A stretch of DNA of 64,000 bases from Candidatus Saccharimonadota bacterium. Lineage in GTDB: Bacteria > Patescibacteriota > Saccharimonadia > CAILAD01 > GCA-016700035. The stretch spans positions 406,372 through 470,371 of the forward strand of contig JAXLZV010000001.1 of the NCBI GenBank assembly GCA_046350755.1. The letters run 5' to 3'. A program made the position numbers and the translations under genes. Shown piece after piece: positions 9,570 through 21,231 of this stretch (position 1 is the first letter of the stretch; each line of letters opens with the position of its first letter). The notes beneath the pieces are model-generated. The model worked only from the letters and a program-made list of their open reading frames with translations. It had not been told where the DNA came from and did no database searches.

Positions 9570-10109
9570 TTACTTTTTCTTCTTGCCCTTTTTCCCCTTT
9601 TTACCTTTTGCATCGTCATCGTCTTTAATCTTACGTTTCCAAACAGTAATGATGATCAACCAGGTAATAGTTGCGGCCAGCAAATACAGACGGTTATTGG
9701 CGGCCAATGCCACCAAATTATAGTTCTCGAGCACCTTGCTGCCCACCTCTGGCTTGAGGTAACTCTGAGTATAGGCGATCAGCGTAGCGCTCGTGAGAAA
9801 GGCTAAAATAAAGCTGCGCAGGCCGAAGCGTCCACCGACCGAAACAGTTTTCCCGAGCGAGAGCGTGATGGCCACCACCGCCAGTAAGGCAAGCTGCACG
9901 GTAGCCAATTCTAGAGTCTTGAGCCCCAATTTATCGAGCTGTGTTACGACCAGCTCAGATAGCTGATCGACAGCGAACAGTCCGACCAAGACAGCTGCTG
10001 CGATCCGCTTCAGACGACCTTCGCCGAAGAGAAAGGCCATCAAGAAAAAGCCGCCGATGATCGCGAAGACGTACAGATTAGCATCGATGCTCAGAGAACC
10101 AAACTGCAT
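9570..10109 (-). CDS. membrane protein with poly-lysine C-terminus
   Basis: 4-5 predicted TM helices; tail KGKKGKKGKKKK. Confidence 0.5.
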   Translation of the reverse strand: MQFGSLSIDANLYVFAIIGGFFLMAFLFGEGRLKRIAAAVLVGLFAVDQLSELVVTQLDKLGLKTLELATVQLALLAVVAITLSLGKTVSVGGRFGLRSFILAFLTSATLIAYTQSYLKPEVGSKVLENYNLVALAANNRLYLLAATITWLIIITVWKRKIKDDDDAKGKKGKKGKKKK

Positions 10110-10214
10110 ATGCTATCATTATACACTTCTGGCTATAAAACACTTATCTTTGAAACACCCCTAGCTAAGTTTTATAATTACGTCACCGATCGCACCTCAC
10201 AGGAAGCCCACGTC

Positions 10215-10592
10215 ATGAGCGACCAACCGAAAGAGGCACCGCCACCGCAGCTGACGTACTACGTTGATGTCCAAGTACGTCACAACTCCACGTACATCGT
10301 TTTCTATCAAGAGGGCTGCCCACATATTGGCGCCGGCATGGAAGAGTTAGCCGGTGAAATGTTGCGCTTCTCACAAGCCTACACGGCCGTACCCTTTTAT
10401 GTGGACGCTAATTACCGCATGGGTGAATTCATCTTCGAGCTCAAGCCCGAATACGCACAACTCCTCACGCGCTCCATAGCGCTCCGACACCTGCTGATTG
10501 AAGATGCGATGGAGATCATCGCCTTCACCCATAAGGCACGCCCATTTTTTCTGCCGGCTGTCCGGGCACAACTGTGGCCAGACACATTCTAA
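10215..10592 (+). CDS. hypothetical cytosolic protein
   Basis: ORF; start inferred at MSDQPKE (track start 10110). Confidence 0.4.
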   Translation: MSDQPKEAPPPQLTYYVDVQVRHNSTYIVFYQEGCPHIGAGMEELAGEMLRFSQAYTAVPFYVDANYRMGEFIFELKPEYAQLLTRSIALRHLLIEDAMEIIAFTHKARPFFLPAVRAQLWPDTF

Positions 10593-10612
10593 CCCCTCAT
10601 CCCGAGGGGTTT

Positions 10613-11512
10613 TTACTTAAAGAAGCCTTTTTTCTTAGCTGACTTGTAGGCCTGCAAAGCTTCCTTTTGCTTATGTGATAGCTTATGAGGCACCTCGACC
10701 GTAACTTCTACCAGATGATCGCCATGACGATTGGTGTGTGGTAGCGGCATTCCCTTGCCGGTTAGTTTTAAGATTTTACCTGGCTGCGTGCCGGCTGGAA
10801 CTTTGATGATCACTTCACCCTCGAGCGTCGTGACTGGAATTTCCGTTCCCAGAGCCGCATCGACCATATCGACTGTGACCCGAGAAACCAGATTGGCTCC
10901 GTGACGTTCGAAATCTCGCGGCTCACGAACGTGCACCTCGATATAGAGATCTCCGCGCTGCCCGCCCTGGCCATATTCACCCTTACCCTGCATCCGAACC
11001 GACTGACCATTATCGATCCCGGCGGGTATTTTCACTTTAATGTTTTCGTTCTTTCGCTCGCCGGTCGATCGATCCATCACCCGCAGATTGAGCTCGCGAG
11101 TTGTGCCACGCACCGCGTCATCAAAATCAATCGCTATCGATACCTGTACATCGCGGGGTCGATTACGCATGCCTCCAAATATTTCCGAAAAGATATCACC
11201 AAAACCGCCGGCGCCCGAAAAATCGAACTGCACGCCATCAAAGCCAAAGCCACCAGCCTGGCCACCAAATGGATCGCCGCCGCCGGGGTTGGCGGCTCCT
11301 GCAGCGTGACCATAATTATCGTAGGCCGCACGCTTCTGATCATCCGACAGCACTTCATAGGCCTCGCTGACTTCTTTAAACTTGGCCTCGTCTCCACCTT
11401 CACGATCGGGGTGATGCTTGACCGCGGCTTTGCGAAAGGCCTTTTTGATCTCATCAGCACTGGCATCACGCGACACACCTAGAACATCATAATAATCTCG
11501 CTTATCAGCCAT
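10613..11512 (-). CDS. dnaJ: DnaJ-family co-chaperone lacking the zinc-finger domain (CbpA/type II-like)
   Basis: J domain [33 protein letters not shown]-rich region, no CxxCxGxG repeats. Confidence 0.85.
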   Translation of the reverse strand: MADKRDYYDVLGVSRDASADEIKKAFRKAAVKHHPDREGGDEAKFKEVSEAYEVLSDDQKRAAYDNYGHAAGAANPGGGDPFGGQAGGFGFDGVQFDFSGAGGFGDIFSEIFGGMRNRPRDVQVSIAIDFDDAVRGTTRELNLRVMDRSTGERKNENIKVKIPAGIDNGQSVRMQGKGEYGQGGQRGDLYIEVHVREPRDFERHGANLVSRVTVDMVDAALGTEIPVTTLEGEVIIKVPAGTQPGKILKLTGKGMPLPHTNRHGDHLVEVTVEVPHKLSHKQKEALQAYKSAKKKGFFK

Positions 11513-12350
11513 TATCCGTCTCCTGCTTTTTCGCTACTCGCCGTGGTTTAGCGGCTTTTTTGGGTTCGACTTTCACCGGCATGCTCGGCAGCATACTACC
11601 AAGAGCTGAGCCAGTAAAGACGCTTGGTGGAGTGCTGCTTTTATGACGTGTAGACTGACGGTTATTTTGTTGTTTGCGCGGCTGCTTTGGCGACTCATGA
11701 TGATGCGCTGCCGCTTCAATTGGCTCATCAACAGCTTCTTTCTTCAATGCTGGACCAAGCACAGCTGCTGCGTTTTTCGAAGTGATGGTGTAACGCTTGG
11801 TGGCGATGCGTGCCAGAGCCGCATTGCTGACACCACGGAAGCCGACGTAATACAATTCCGCACCGCGTCGCTTTGCCTCCTCGACAGCCGGCATGAGATC
11901 ACCGTCTGAGCTGAGGAGCACAAGGCGAACATTATCACCAGAGCTACGAATCAGGTCAGTCGCAATCGTCACATCAACGCCTTTTTCAACCAGCACCGGC
12001 TCACGGTGACCACACTCCACACAAGGCTTACCGTCGCGCACCAAAAGATGGCCGGCTTCAATATAATCGACCTTCTGACTCTCGAGCGCTGCTCGCCAGG
12101 TCGCCGCATCGGCCGCGTAGCGCTCAGTGCGTTCTTTAAGCTCGGGAGTTTTTTCGATGATGTGGACTTTGGCAGCGTAATATTTGATGGCCGCATTACG
12201 CACAGTCGGATCCTGGAGTGTGTTTTCAAAAAGTTTGCGAATATCCACGCGCACCAGCTCATCGCGATATTTAATCAATCGAGCTTTGGCCAGGCTGTCA
12301 CGCAACTGGTAGACGAAGTTTTCGCCGTCAATAAAAAAAATTGTTTTCAT
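11505..12350 (-). CDS. NYN (LabA-like PIN-fold) domain protein with basic C-terminal tail
   Basis: FIDGENF...VDVTIATD...LSSDGDL pattern of NYN/LabA nucleases; lies between dnaK and dnaJ. Confidence 0.7.
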   Translation of the reverse strand: MKTIFFIDGENFVYQLRDSLAKARLIKYRDELVRVDIRKLFENTLQDPTVRNAAIKYYAAKVHIIEKTPELKERTERYAADAATWRAALESQKVDYIEAGHLLVRDGKPCVECGHREPVLVEKGVDVTIATDLIRSSGDNVRLVLLSSDGDLMPAVEEAKRRGAELYYVGFRGVSNAALARIATKRYTITSKNAAAVLGPALKKEAVDEPIEAAAHHHESPKQPRKQQNNRQSTRHKSSTPPSVFTGSALGSMLPSMPVKVEPKKAAKPRRVAKKQETDNG

Positions 12351-12571
12351 GATCTTACTTTCTTCACTATCAATGTAACACCGGTGATATACAGTACTGC
12401 ATCCAGCCCTAATAGCCCATACCGTAACGGAATATTTTCAGGAGTTAATGCGCAATTGGCATAAGGATCATCATCTGGACAGCTGGTCTGCTCACTTGTC
12501 ATGCCAATGACACGCAAACCCACAAATAGCATAATTAATGTCAGCAATATTATATAAATTGTGTTTTTCAT
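12347..12571 (-). CDS. small membrane protein
   Basis: N-terminal and C-terminal hydrophobic segments; overlaps neighbours by 4 nt. Confidence 0.4.
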   Translation of the reverse strand: MKNTIYIILLTLIMLFVGLRVIGMTSEQTSCPDDDPYANCALTPENIPLRYGLLGLDAVLYITGVTLIVKKVRS

Positions 12572-12888
12572 TTTTTCTTTCCCTTCGGCTTATCGGTTAG
12601 ACCAACATACCCCGCTATACCGGCGGCGAACAGCGCCAGAACTGCAACGTCCCAAGGATGATAGCGTAAATATGTCTTGGGCCCGATGCAAGCTACGAAG
12701 CCCTTATCGTCATCGCGATTCGGCAACCATTGCCAGACGAAGTATACGTCAGACCAAGTATTCTGATAGCTCGCATCATAGGGCGATACACACTCTTGCG
12801 ACAGCTGCTCATTCACGGTCGTAGTCGCCAGGTACCCGGCCGTGAGGAGCAAAGCTGCAGCAATAGTGAGGGCGATGATGGATTTCAA
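12568..12888 (-). CDS. small secreted/membrane protein
   Basis: Signal peptide, Cys-containing middle, C-terminal TM, lysine tail; 4 nt downstream of dnaK. Confidence 0.45.
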   Translation of the reverse strand: MKSIIALTIAAALLLTAGYLATTTVNEQLSQECVSPYDASYQNTWSDVYFVWQWLPNRDDDKGFVACIGPKTYLRYHPWDVAVLALFAAGIAGYVGLTDKPKGKKK

Positions 12889-12891
12889 AAG

Positions 12892-14811
<1,920 letters not shown>

Positions 14812-15327
14812 TTACTTGTCTCCTTCTTTACTTTCATCTGGTGATAATTGCGATTGTTTACCTTGGCTGACCCGAACGCTGGCCGGCCTGACTACGCGAT
14901 CAGCGATCATGTAGCCGGGTGTCAGCACTTCAGCCACCGTCTCAGGCGGATGGTCTGAGACTATGCGCTCCAGGGCATCCATGCGATTATGGTCAAAAAT
15001 CTCGCCTGGCTGAGGACTAAATTTCTTTACGCCCATCTCGTCAAGAATCTGTTCAAGCTGCGTGCCAACATAACTCATACCTTGTGCCCAAGGGTCATTC
15101 TGGAGGTGTTCAGGCAAGTGCATAGCGGCGCGGTCGAAGTTATCGAGTGCCGGCAAGAGATCGGCCAACACGGCTAGCTTGGCGTTATTGAGCAGGTCCT
15201 GACGCTCACTCGCCACCCGCTTTTTATAATTTTCAAAGTCAGCTTGAACGCGCTGCAGCGTAAGGGTGAGATCAGCTATCTGATCTTTCTTGAGGATTTT
15301 TTTGGTAGGTTTTTCTGATTTAGGCAT
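14812..15327 (-). CDS. grpE: nucleotide exchange factor GrpE
   Basis: GrpE motifs; position between hrcA and dnaK. Confidence 0.9.
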   Translation of the reverse strand: MPKSEKPTKKILKKDQIADLTLTLQRVQADFENYKKRVASERQDLLNNAKLAVLADLLPALDNFDRAAMHLPEHLQNDPWAQGMSYVGTQLEQILDEMGVKKFSPQPGEIFDHNRMDALERIVSDHPPETVAEVLTPGYMIADRVVRPASVRVSQGKQSQLSPDESKEGDK

Positions 15328-16018
15328 TTAACACTTCCTCCAATTTCTTACCAGTTAGCGCGACGAGACTGGTCACTTTAGGATAATCCTGGCGGGTCGG
15401 GCCAACGACACCGATGTAGCTATTCTCTGAATATGGACTTTCGAATCGGGCGACTATCATGGCCATACCACTGGTACGGGCAAAAGGATTCTCAGCACCA
15501 ATAAACACACCTAGATCGTCGTGAAAACCTGGTCCAAACACCCACTCAGACAGTGCATCGAGATAGCGGGCGGCAGCGGCAGCGCGCACTTGCTCGCCAA
15601 ACTCCGGCTGTGAGAAAAGCTGATGCAGGCCATGATAATAGATCGTATCCGACAGCGTCGCGAAAGCCATATTCCCGGTCATATCCGACAGTGTCTCAGT
15701 AGCTATCTTGATTGCCTGATCAACACGATCTTTCAACGAAGCAACTCGCTTCTCCACGGTTGCCACCGTGCGCTCTTTCGGAGCGGTCGTAGCCAGCGTA
15801 TTCACGTAGAAGCGATAACCTTTGTCGGTTGGGACGCGACCCGATGAAATATGCGGCTGATAAATGTAATCATGACGCTCAAGCGCAACCATCTCAGCCC
15901 GAATTGTTGCCGAGCTAACATCAAAAATCTCAGCTAAAGCGTGACTACCAACAGGTTCGGCAGTCGCGGCGTAGAGCCGAATGATTTCTGCGAGAATGGC
16001 GGTTTGACGTTCGGTCAT
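15320..16018 (-). CDS. hrcA: heat-inducible transcription repressor HrcA
   Basis: MTERQTAILAEIIRLYAATAEPVGSHALAE...; start placed at MTERQ (track ORF extends to 16138 through the 5'UTR). Confidence 0.9.
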   Translation of the reverse strand: MTERQTAILAEIIRLYAATAEPVGSHALAEIFDVSSATIRAEMVALERHDYIYQPHISSGRVPTDKGYRFYVNTLATTAPKERTVATVEKRVASLKDRVDQAIKIATETLSDMTGNMAFATLSDTIYYHGLHQLFSQPEFGEQVRAAAAARYLDALSEWVFGPGFHDDLGVFIGAENPFARTSGMAMIVARFESPYSENSYIGVVGPTRQDYPKVTSLVALTGKKLEEVLNA

Positions 16019-16139
16019 CAGTAATTTGCCTGGGTGTTCAGAGTCCGGAAGCCTCTTGGCTGTACATGAAAAGCTGTTGTCAGAGGGTCGCGATCCTGTA
16101 CCTACTCGGAGTGAATCCGGCTCTGCTGCTGCACCCATA

Positions 16140-16166
16140 TTAGCACTAGACTCATGTGAGTGCTAG
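16140..16166. promoter_or_regulatory. CIRCE element 1 (HrcA operator), imperfect
   Basis: TTAGCACTA-N9-GAGTGCTAG against consensus TTAGCACTC-N9-GAGTGCTAA. Confidence 0.6.
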
Positions 16167-16173
16167 TAAATCA

Positions 16174-16203
16174 ATTGTAACGAAATTGGCACTCGGACGT
16201 CAA
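16174..16203 (-). promoter_or_regulatory. candidate sigma70 promoter of the hrcA-grpE-dnaK operon
   Basis: -35 TTGACG (inside CIRCE2), 18-nt spacer, -10 TACAAT (minus strand); CIRCE1 falls at/after the predicted TSS. Confidence 0.4.
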
Positions 16204-16212
16204 GAGTGCTAA
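16186..16212. promoter_or_regulatory. CIRCE element 2 (HrcA operator)
   Basis: TTGGCACTC-GGACGTCAA-GAGTGCTAA; one mismatch to consensus. Confidence 0.75.
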
Positions 16213-16213
16213 T

Positions 16214-16636
16214 TCAACTTTTCTTTGGTTTTATGGCTCGCAAGATTAGATAGACCAACAGGCCGACTGGACCGGCTACAAACGTCAGCAGATACGGCAC
16301 AATCATTACTCGATGACGAATCCCTCGAGTTCGCGCGTCACCCGTCATCCAAATACCGGCAACTAAGTCAAAACAAACCAGATGCGCCCAACCGAGAACG
16401 AAGACCAGTGGATCTCCAGCCAACTCTGCAAAACCCATGAGCGAAGTATCGAGTAGCTCAATACCCTGAGTCGCCACGAACACCGCTAAAAACAGATAGC
16501 AGATGGCGAGAATGCCGGGTAAGACCATACTCAGGATCAGCTTCTTAGTGAGCCGACTATAAGGTGCAGCGACCAGTAGTAGCCAGCTAAAGCCCGCAAG
16601 AGCGTTGAGTAACATGAACCAGGTTTCGGTATTCAT
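16214..16636 (-). CDS. integral membrane protein (4 TM)
   Basis: Hydrophobic profile; no recognised motif. Confidence 0.5.
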   Translation of the reverse strand: MNTETWFMLLNALAGFSWLLLVAAPYSRLTKKLILSMVLPGILAICYLFLAVFVATQGIELLDTSLMGFAELAGDPLVFVLGWAHLVCFDLVAGIWMTGDARTRGIRHRVMIVPYLLTFVAGPVGLLVYLILRAIKPKKS

Positions 16637-16762
16637 GCTTATTATGGTAACACCTGGCTCGATCTGAAGGAACTAGAGACGCAAAGAGTAGCTCATAAAA
16701 ACCTTGTCAAAACTTGATTATGATGATATGATAGTCAATTCCCATCTCATTGGGACCTTATT

Positions 16763-17458
16763 ATGAATGTAGCTAACTACGAACAACGCATGGCATTTAG
16801 CGCTCACCGTCAAAAAGTACGAGTGAAGCGCTCGCCGCTTGCTCAACGGCTCAAAGCCATCCAAGAAACTCCTGCCCATGTTAAGGCGGCGGTGTTGGTT
16901 ATCGTATACTTTCTGGCTTTTGGCTTTATGTTCCAGTCGAGTCGAGCAGAGTTCGAGAGCAAGATCGCCGGCTATATCAATACCCCCAATAAGACCGCTA
17001 GTCAGGCTGGAGTCACGCAGACTAAAAACTCCGTGCTTGCTACACAAAAACCGACTCAAAAATCCCCATCGCCATCACCGAGTGCTAACCAACAGATCGG
17101 TGGCCTACCTGGTGATACTGGCATGAACGATCCCGGACCATCGCAAGCCGTACAATTTACGGCGAATGGCTACGCCTATGGGCAGTGCACGTTCTATGTC
17201 TCCCGACGCCGACCTATTCCGCAGAATTGGGGCAATGCCCGCGACTGGGTCATGCGCGCTAAAGCCGCCGGCTTCCTCACCGGCAAGTACGCCCGCGTTG
17301 GCGCTATCGCCCAAACTACCGCTGGACGCTACGGTCATGTCGCCTATGTCGAACGCATTGAAGACGGCAAAGTCTACGTCTCCGAATATAATTATGTCGG
17401 CTGGAATCGCCTGAGCTATCGCTGGGCGAACGAGTCAGACTTTACCTACATTTACTAA
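16763..17458 (+). CDS. CHAP-domain peptidoglycan hydrolase, membrane-anchored, S/P-rich linker
   Basis: GQCTFYV (Cys) ... GHVAYVE (His) CHAP signature; N-terminal TM. Confidence 0.75.
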   Translation: MNVANYEQRMAFSAHRQKVRVKRSPLAQRLKAIQETPAHVKAAVLVIVYFLAFGFMFQSSRAEFESKIAGYINTPNKTASQAGVTQTKNSVLATQKPTQKSPSPSPSANQQIGGLPGDTGMNDPGPSQAVQFTANGYAYGQCTFYVSRRRPIPQNWGNARDWVMRAKAAGFLTGKYARVGAIAQTTAGRYGHVAYVERIEDGKVYVSEYNYVGWNRLSYRWANESDFTYIY

Positions 17459-17461
17459 AAA

Positions 17462-17665
17462 CTAGCGCTGACTAACGTCGCTGCGCATGGCCGCTTCGAC
17501 CAATGGTGGGGGTGACGGCACTTTACCAGCCGCAGCCTTATCGATAACTGTCAGATAGCTGGTTTTCCAGGTATCATAAGCTGTCATGGCACGATCGCCG
17601 TTTGATCGAACATAACCATAATAAAACAGGCCTAGGGCCAAGAAGAGTGCTATCCGCCACTTCAT
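17462..17665 (-). CDS. small secreted/membrane protein
   Basis: N-terminal hydrophobic segment; 67 aa. Confidence 0.3.
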   Translation of the reverse strand: MKWRIALFLALGLFYYGYVRSNGDRAMTAYDTWKTSYLTVIDKAAAGKVPSPPPLVEAAMRSDVSQR

Positions 17666-17742
17666 AACGGCCCCTACTATGCTAGCTTGAGCGTCTTCGT
17701 GTCAAGCATGGAGCGGTTTGAAAACGCTTCATGCTTGCAAAA

Positions 17743-19515
17743 CTAGCTATCGCGCTTTATTAGCTCCATAAAGACATCGCTCGGAATTGAGACTTTACCA
17801 ATTTGCTTCATCCGGGCCTTACCCTTTTTCTGCTTTTGGAGGAGCTTTTTCTTACGGCTAACGTCGCCGCCATAGAGCTTAGCCGTGACATCTTTGCGCA
17901 CAGCCGAAATCGTCTCGCGTGCAATCACCTTGGCACCAATCGCCGCTTGCACGGCGACTTCAAAGTTCTGTCGCGGAATCAGTTCTTTCAGACGTTCACA
18001 AAGCCGTCGACCGAAGTCCTCAGCTTTCGAACGAGCCACAATACTCCCGAGAGAGTCGACGCGTTCACCAGCTAGCAAGATATCAACGCGTACCAAATCA
18101 CCTGCCTCATAGCGATCCCATTCGTAGGATAGCGACGCAAAGCCCGAGGTCTGGCTCTTCAGCGCATCATAAAAATCAGTGATAATCTCCGCTAGCGGGG
18201 CCTCAAAACCAACTACCGCCCGCGTCGGATCGAGATATTCGAGCTTCGTTTGTTTACCGCGAGCCTCGACGATGAGACCAAGCACGGCACCAATATAGGT
18301 AGACGGTACAACAATTTCTCCTCGTACCCACGGCTCGGCAATTGATTCGATCTGCGACACATCCGGCAAGGCGCTAGCCTGCTCAATCATTTCGACCTTG
18401 CCATTGGTGAGCGTTACTTCATGACTCACACTTGGACTCGTCACAATGAGATCTAGATCAAACTCACGCTCGAGTCGCTCCTTAATAATCTCCAAATGCA
18501 GTAGACCAAGAAAGCCAATGCGCACACCAAATCCTAACGCCGCCGATGTTTCGGGTGTATACGAGAGCGAAGCGTCATTCAGCGATAATTTATCAAGCGA
18601 GTCTTTCAGCTTAGAATACTCTTCTTGGCTAGTTGGATAGAAGCTGGCAAATATTAAGGGCTGGACTTTTTTGTAACCTGGAAGCGGTTCGATATCCGGT
18701 GTCGCCGCCAGTGAGACGGTATCACCGACCCGAGCAAATTGGACGGATTTAATATTAGTCGTGATGTAGCCGATCTGACCAGACGTGAGTTCCGCGTCAG
18801 CTACTCGCACCGGAGCCAGATGCCCAACCTCAAGCGCCAGCGAGCCGCTACCAGACTGCAAAAGTTGAATCTCGGCACCCGACCGAATCGACCCTTGCAT
18901 CACCCGCACGTAGAGAATCACCCCCCGATACCCATCAAACACCGAGTCAAAGATTAAGGCTTTGGTATCGCCTGGCACCATATTTGGTTCTGGCACCTTC
19001 TCGACTACCTCATCTAATAACTCGGCCACGCCCTCACCAGTTTTGGCCGAGATACGCCCTACACTACTGGGCTCGACTCCTAGTAGAGCCCCAATCTCAT
19101 GGGCCACCCGCTCCGGTTCGGCGGCCGGCAAATCAATCTTATTCATGACGGGAATAATTGTCAGCCCCGCCTCGATCGCCATATAGACATTTGCCAGCGT
19201 CTGCGCCTGAATGCCCTGACTGGCGTCGACAACTAAAATAGCCCCCTCCACCGCCTCGAGTGAACGACTGACTTCGTAACTAAAATCAACATGCCCGGGC
19301 GTATCGATAAGGTTCAGCTCTACCCCCTTCCACTGCATGCGCGCTGGCTGCAACTTGATCGTTATGCCCTTCTCGCGCTCCAACTCCATCGTATCCAAGA
19401 GTTGCGCCTTCATGTCGCGACTAGCCACTGTACCAGTAATCTCTAGTAGGCGATCAGCCAGGGTCGATTTGCCGTGGTCGATATGGGCGATAATGCAAAA
19501 ATTCCGAATTGCCAT
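17743..19515 (-). CDS. lepA: elongation factor 4
   Basis: NFCIIAHIDHGKSTLADR...; full-length LepA. Confidence 0.95.
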   Translation of the reverse strand: MAIRNFCIIAHIDHGKSTLADRLLEITGTVASRDMKAQLLDTMELEREKGITIKLQPARMQWKGVELNLIDTPGHVDFSYEVSRSLEAVEGAILVVDASQGIQAQTLANVYMAIEAGLTIIPVMNKIDLPAAEPERVAHEIGALLGVEPSSVGRISAKTGEGVAELLDEVVEKVPEPNMVPGDTKALIFDSVFDGYRGVILYVRVMQGSIRSGAEIQLLQSGSGSLALEVGHLAPVRVADAELTSGQIGYITTNIKSVQFARVGDTVSLAATPDIEPLPGYKKVQPLIFASFYPTSQEEYSKLKDSLDKLSLNDASLSYTPETSAALGFGVRIGFLGLLHLEIIKERLEREFDLDLIVTSPSVSHEVTLTNGKVEMIEQASALPDVSQIESIAEPWVRGEIVVPSTYIGAVLGLIVEARGKQTKLEYLDPTRAVVGFEAPLAEIITDFYDALKSQTSGFASLSYEWDRYEAGDLVRVDILLAGERVDSLGSIVARSKAEDFGRRLCERLKELIPRQNFEVAVQAAIGAKVIARETISAVRKDVTAKLYGGDVSRKKKLLQKQKKGKARMKQIGKVSIPSDVFMELIKRDS

Positions 19516-19516
19516 A

Positions 19517-21121
19517 CTAGGCTCCGATTTGCTTTCGCAGTCGCTTGCGATAACGGGCTTGTACGAGCCTGGTTACCAGATCAAGCTCATGGATACGTAA
19601 GATCTTCGACACCAAAAGATACACTACCATGCCAACACTCGATACGATGAGGAATTTCGGTGCCAAGGTGCGCCAGCCCAAATCATCTCGATAAAGCGGG
19701 AAAACAGTTGAGATCAAAGCGTACATCGTACCAGCCGCCGCTAAGGACGCGAGTAAGATTCTTCCCCCGGTTTTGGTGATGCCGCGCAATCCGTAGGGAC
19801 CAATCTTGCGTCGCAAGAGCAACATCAAGATGGCTAGCTCGAGCATGGTGACAAGTGACAAAGCCATCGCCAAGCCAGGCACCCCAAACTCTTTGGCGAA
19901 CAGGTAGCTGAGCCCAATATTCAGCACGAGGGTAAAAATACTCGTAAACAGCGGGGTCTTCGTGTCTTCCAGCGCATAAAATACCCGACAAATAATAAAG
20001 AACACACTCTGCGCCACAATCACGCCTGCGAACCAACCTAGCGCATCGGCAGTTGTTTGATCTCCAAAACCTAAGAGTAAACGGACGATATAACCGCGCA
20101 TGACGATCGCTACCATCGCAGCCGGAATCACCAAGAATAATACGAGCTGAACAGTTCGGACAATCTGCGCCGGCAGTCGATGCTGATCCTTTGAATTAGC
20201 AGCTTTAATAAGGGTTGGGAAAATAGCCGTGGCAATCGCCCCGCCGAATAAACCAAGCGGCACATTTTTTAGATTATTTGCAAAATAAAAGCTGGTCAGC
20301 GAACCGGCAGCCAGTTGTGAACCAATCGCCGTTTCTACAATCGTATTGATTTGCTCAATACCCATATCAAGTGACCGTGGGATCATTAATTTAATCACCT
20401 TGAGTACTGCCGGGTCCCAAATTTTAATTCGGAAGGAATACTTCCAGCCAAGCCCTATGATACCGAAGGCCTGCATAAAGGCTTGTAATGCGACGCCGGC
20501 CACGACACCTAGAGCTACACCATAAATCGGCACCGAAAAGTACTGCTCAAAGAATAATATCCCGGCGATAATCCCAAGATTGTAGAACACGCTTGCTAAG
20601 GCAAACATGACAAACCGCTGAAAGGCCTGCTGTACCGCTCCAAAAACTGAGGAGATACCGAACAGCAATGGCGTAATCAGCATGATGCGCGTCAAGGTGA
20701 CGGTCATCTCGAGTCGAGCCGCATCAAACCCAGGTGCAATAATTTTTACCAACGGCTCAGCGAAAATAAATGAAAAAATACCAAATGCCACCGTGAAGAC
20801 CACGATAATATTGAGTAATGTGCTGGCGACCTCCCAGGCTTCTTTCTGCTTCTTCTTTTCCAACAAGCCAACAAAGACCGGAATAAATGAGACTGCAAAG
20901 GCTCCAGAAACGAGTAGCGTAAAGAGCAGATCCGGGATGCGAAAAGCAGCCGCATAAGCATCGGCCTGTGGCGACAAACCGAAGTTTGAGGCCAGTAAGC
21001 GATCTCGTACGAGTCCGAGCAAGCGGCTCAATAAATACGATAGCGAAATCAGCGCCGCCGATACCGAGATGGATCGACGCTTATTGATTCTGCCGAGAAT
21101 GTTTTTCATTGAACGCTGCAT
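19517..21121 (-). CDS. murJ: lipid II flippase MurJ (MviN)
   Basis: 14-TM MOP-family sequence with typical MurJ N-terminus. Confidence 0.85.
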   Translation of the reverse strand: MQRSMKNILGRINKRRSISVSAALISLSYLLSRLLGLVRDRLLASNFGLSPQADAYAAAFRIPDLLFTLLVSGAFAVSFIPVFVGLLEKKKQKEAWEVASTLLNIIVVFTVAFGIFSFIFAEPLVKIIAPGFDAARLEMTVTLTRIMLITPLLFGISSVFGAVQQAFQRFVMFALASVFYNLGIIAGILFFEQYFSVPIYGVALGVVAGVALQAFMQAFGIIGLGWKYSFRIKIWDPAVLKVIKLMIPRSLDMGIEQINTIVETAIGSQLAAGSLTSFYFANNLKNVPLGLFGGAIATAIFPTLIKAANSKDQHRLPAQIVRTVQLVLFLVIPAAMVAIVMRGYIVRLLLGFGDQTTADALGWFAGVIVAQSVFFIICRVFYALEDTKTPLFTSIFTLVLNIGLSYLFAKEFGVPGLAMALSLVTMLELAILMLLLRRKIGPYGLRGITKTGGRILLASLAAAGTMYALISTVFPLYRDDLGWRTLAPKFLIVSSVGMVVYLLVSKILRIHELDLVTRLVQARYRKRLRKQIGA

Positions 21122-21231
21122 AGTTTTTTACGGTAAATGTACCGACATAACGAAGGTGGCCGCTGGAGCAGATGTCCTAAGACTCATGCTCGCGGCGACC
21201 ATCCTCAACACGTACGATACTAACTCTGATA

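Noticed and set aside
16019-16138. N-terminal 40-aa extension of HrcA in the ORF track
   Set aside because: No RBS; the conserved HrcA N-terminus begins at MTERQ (ATG 16018). The extension region is better explained as 5'UTR downstream of the CIRCE/promoter elements.
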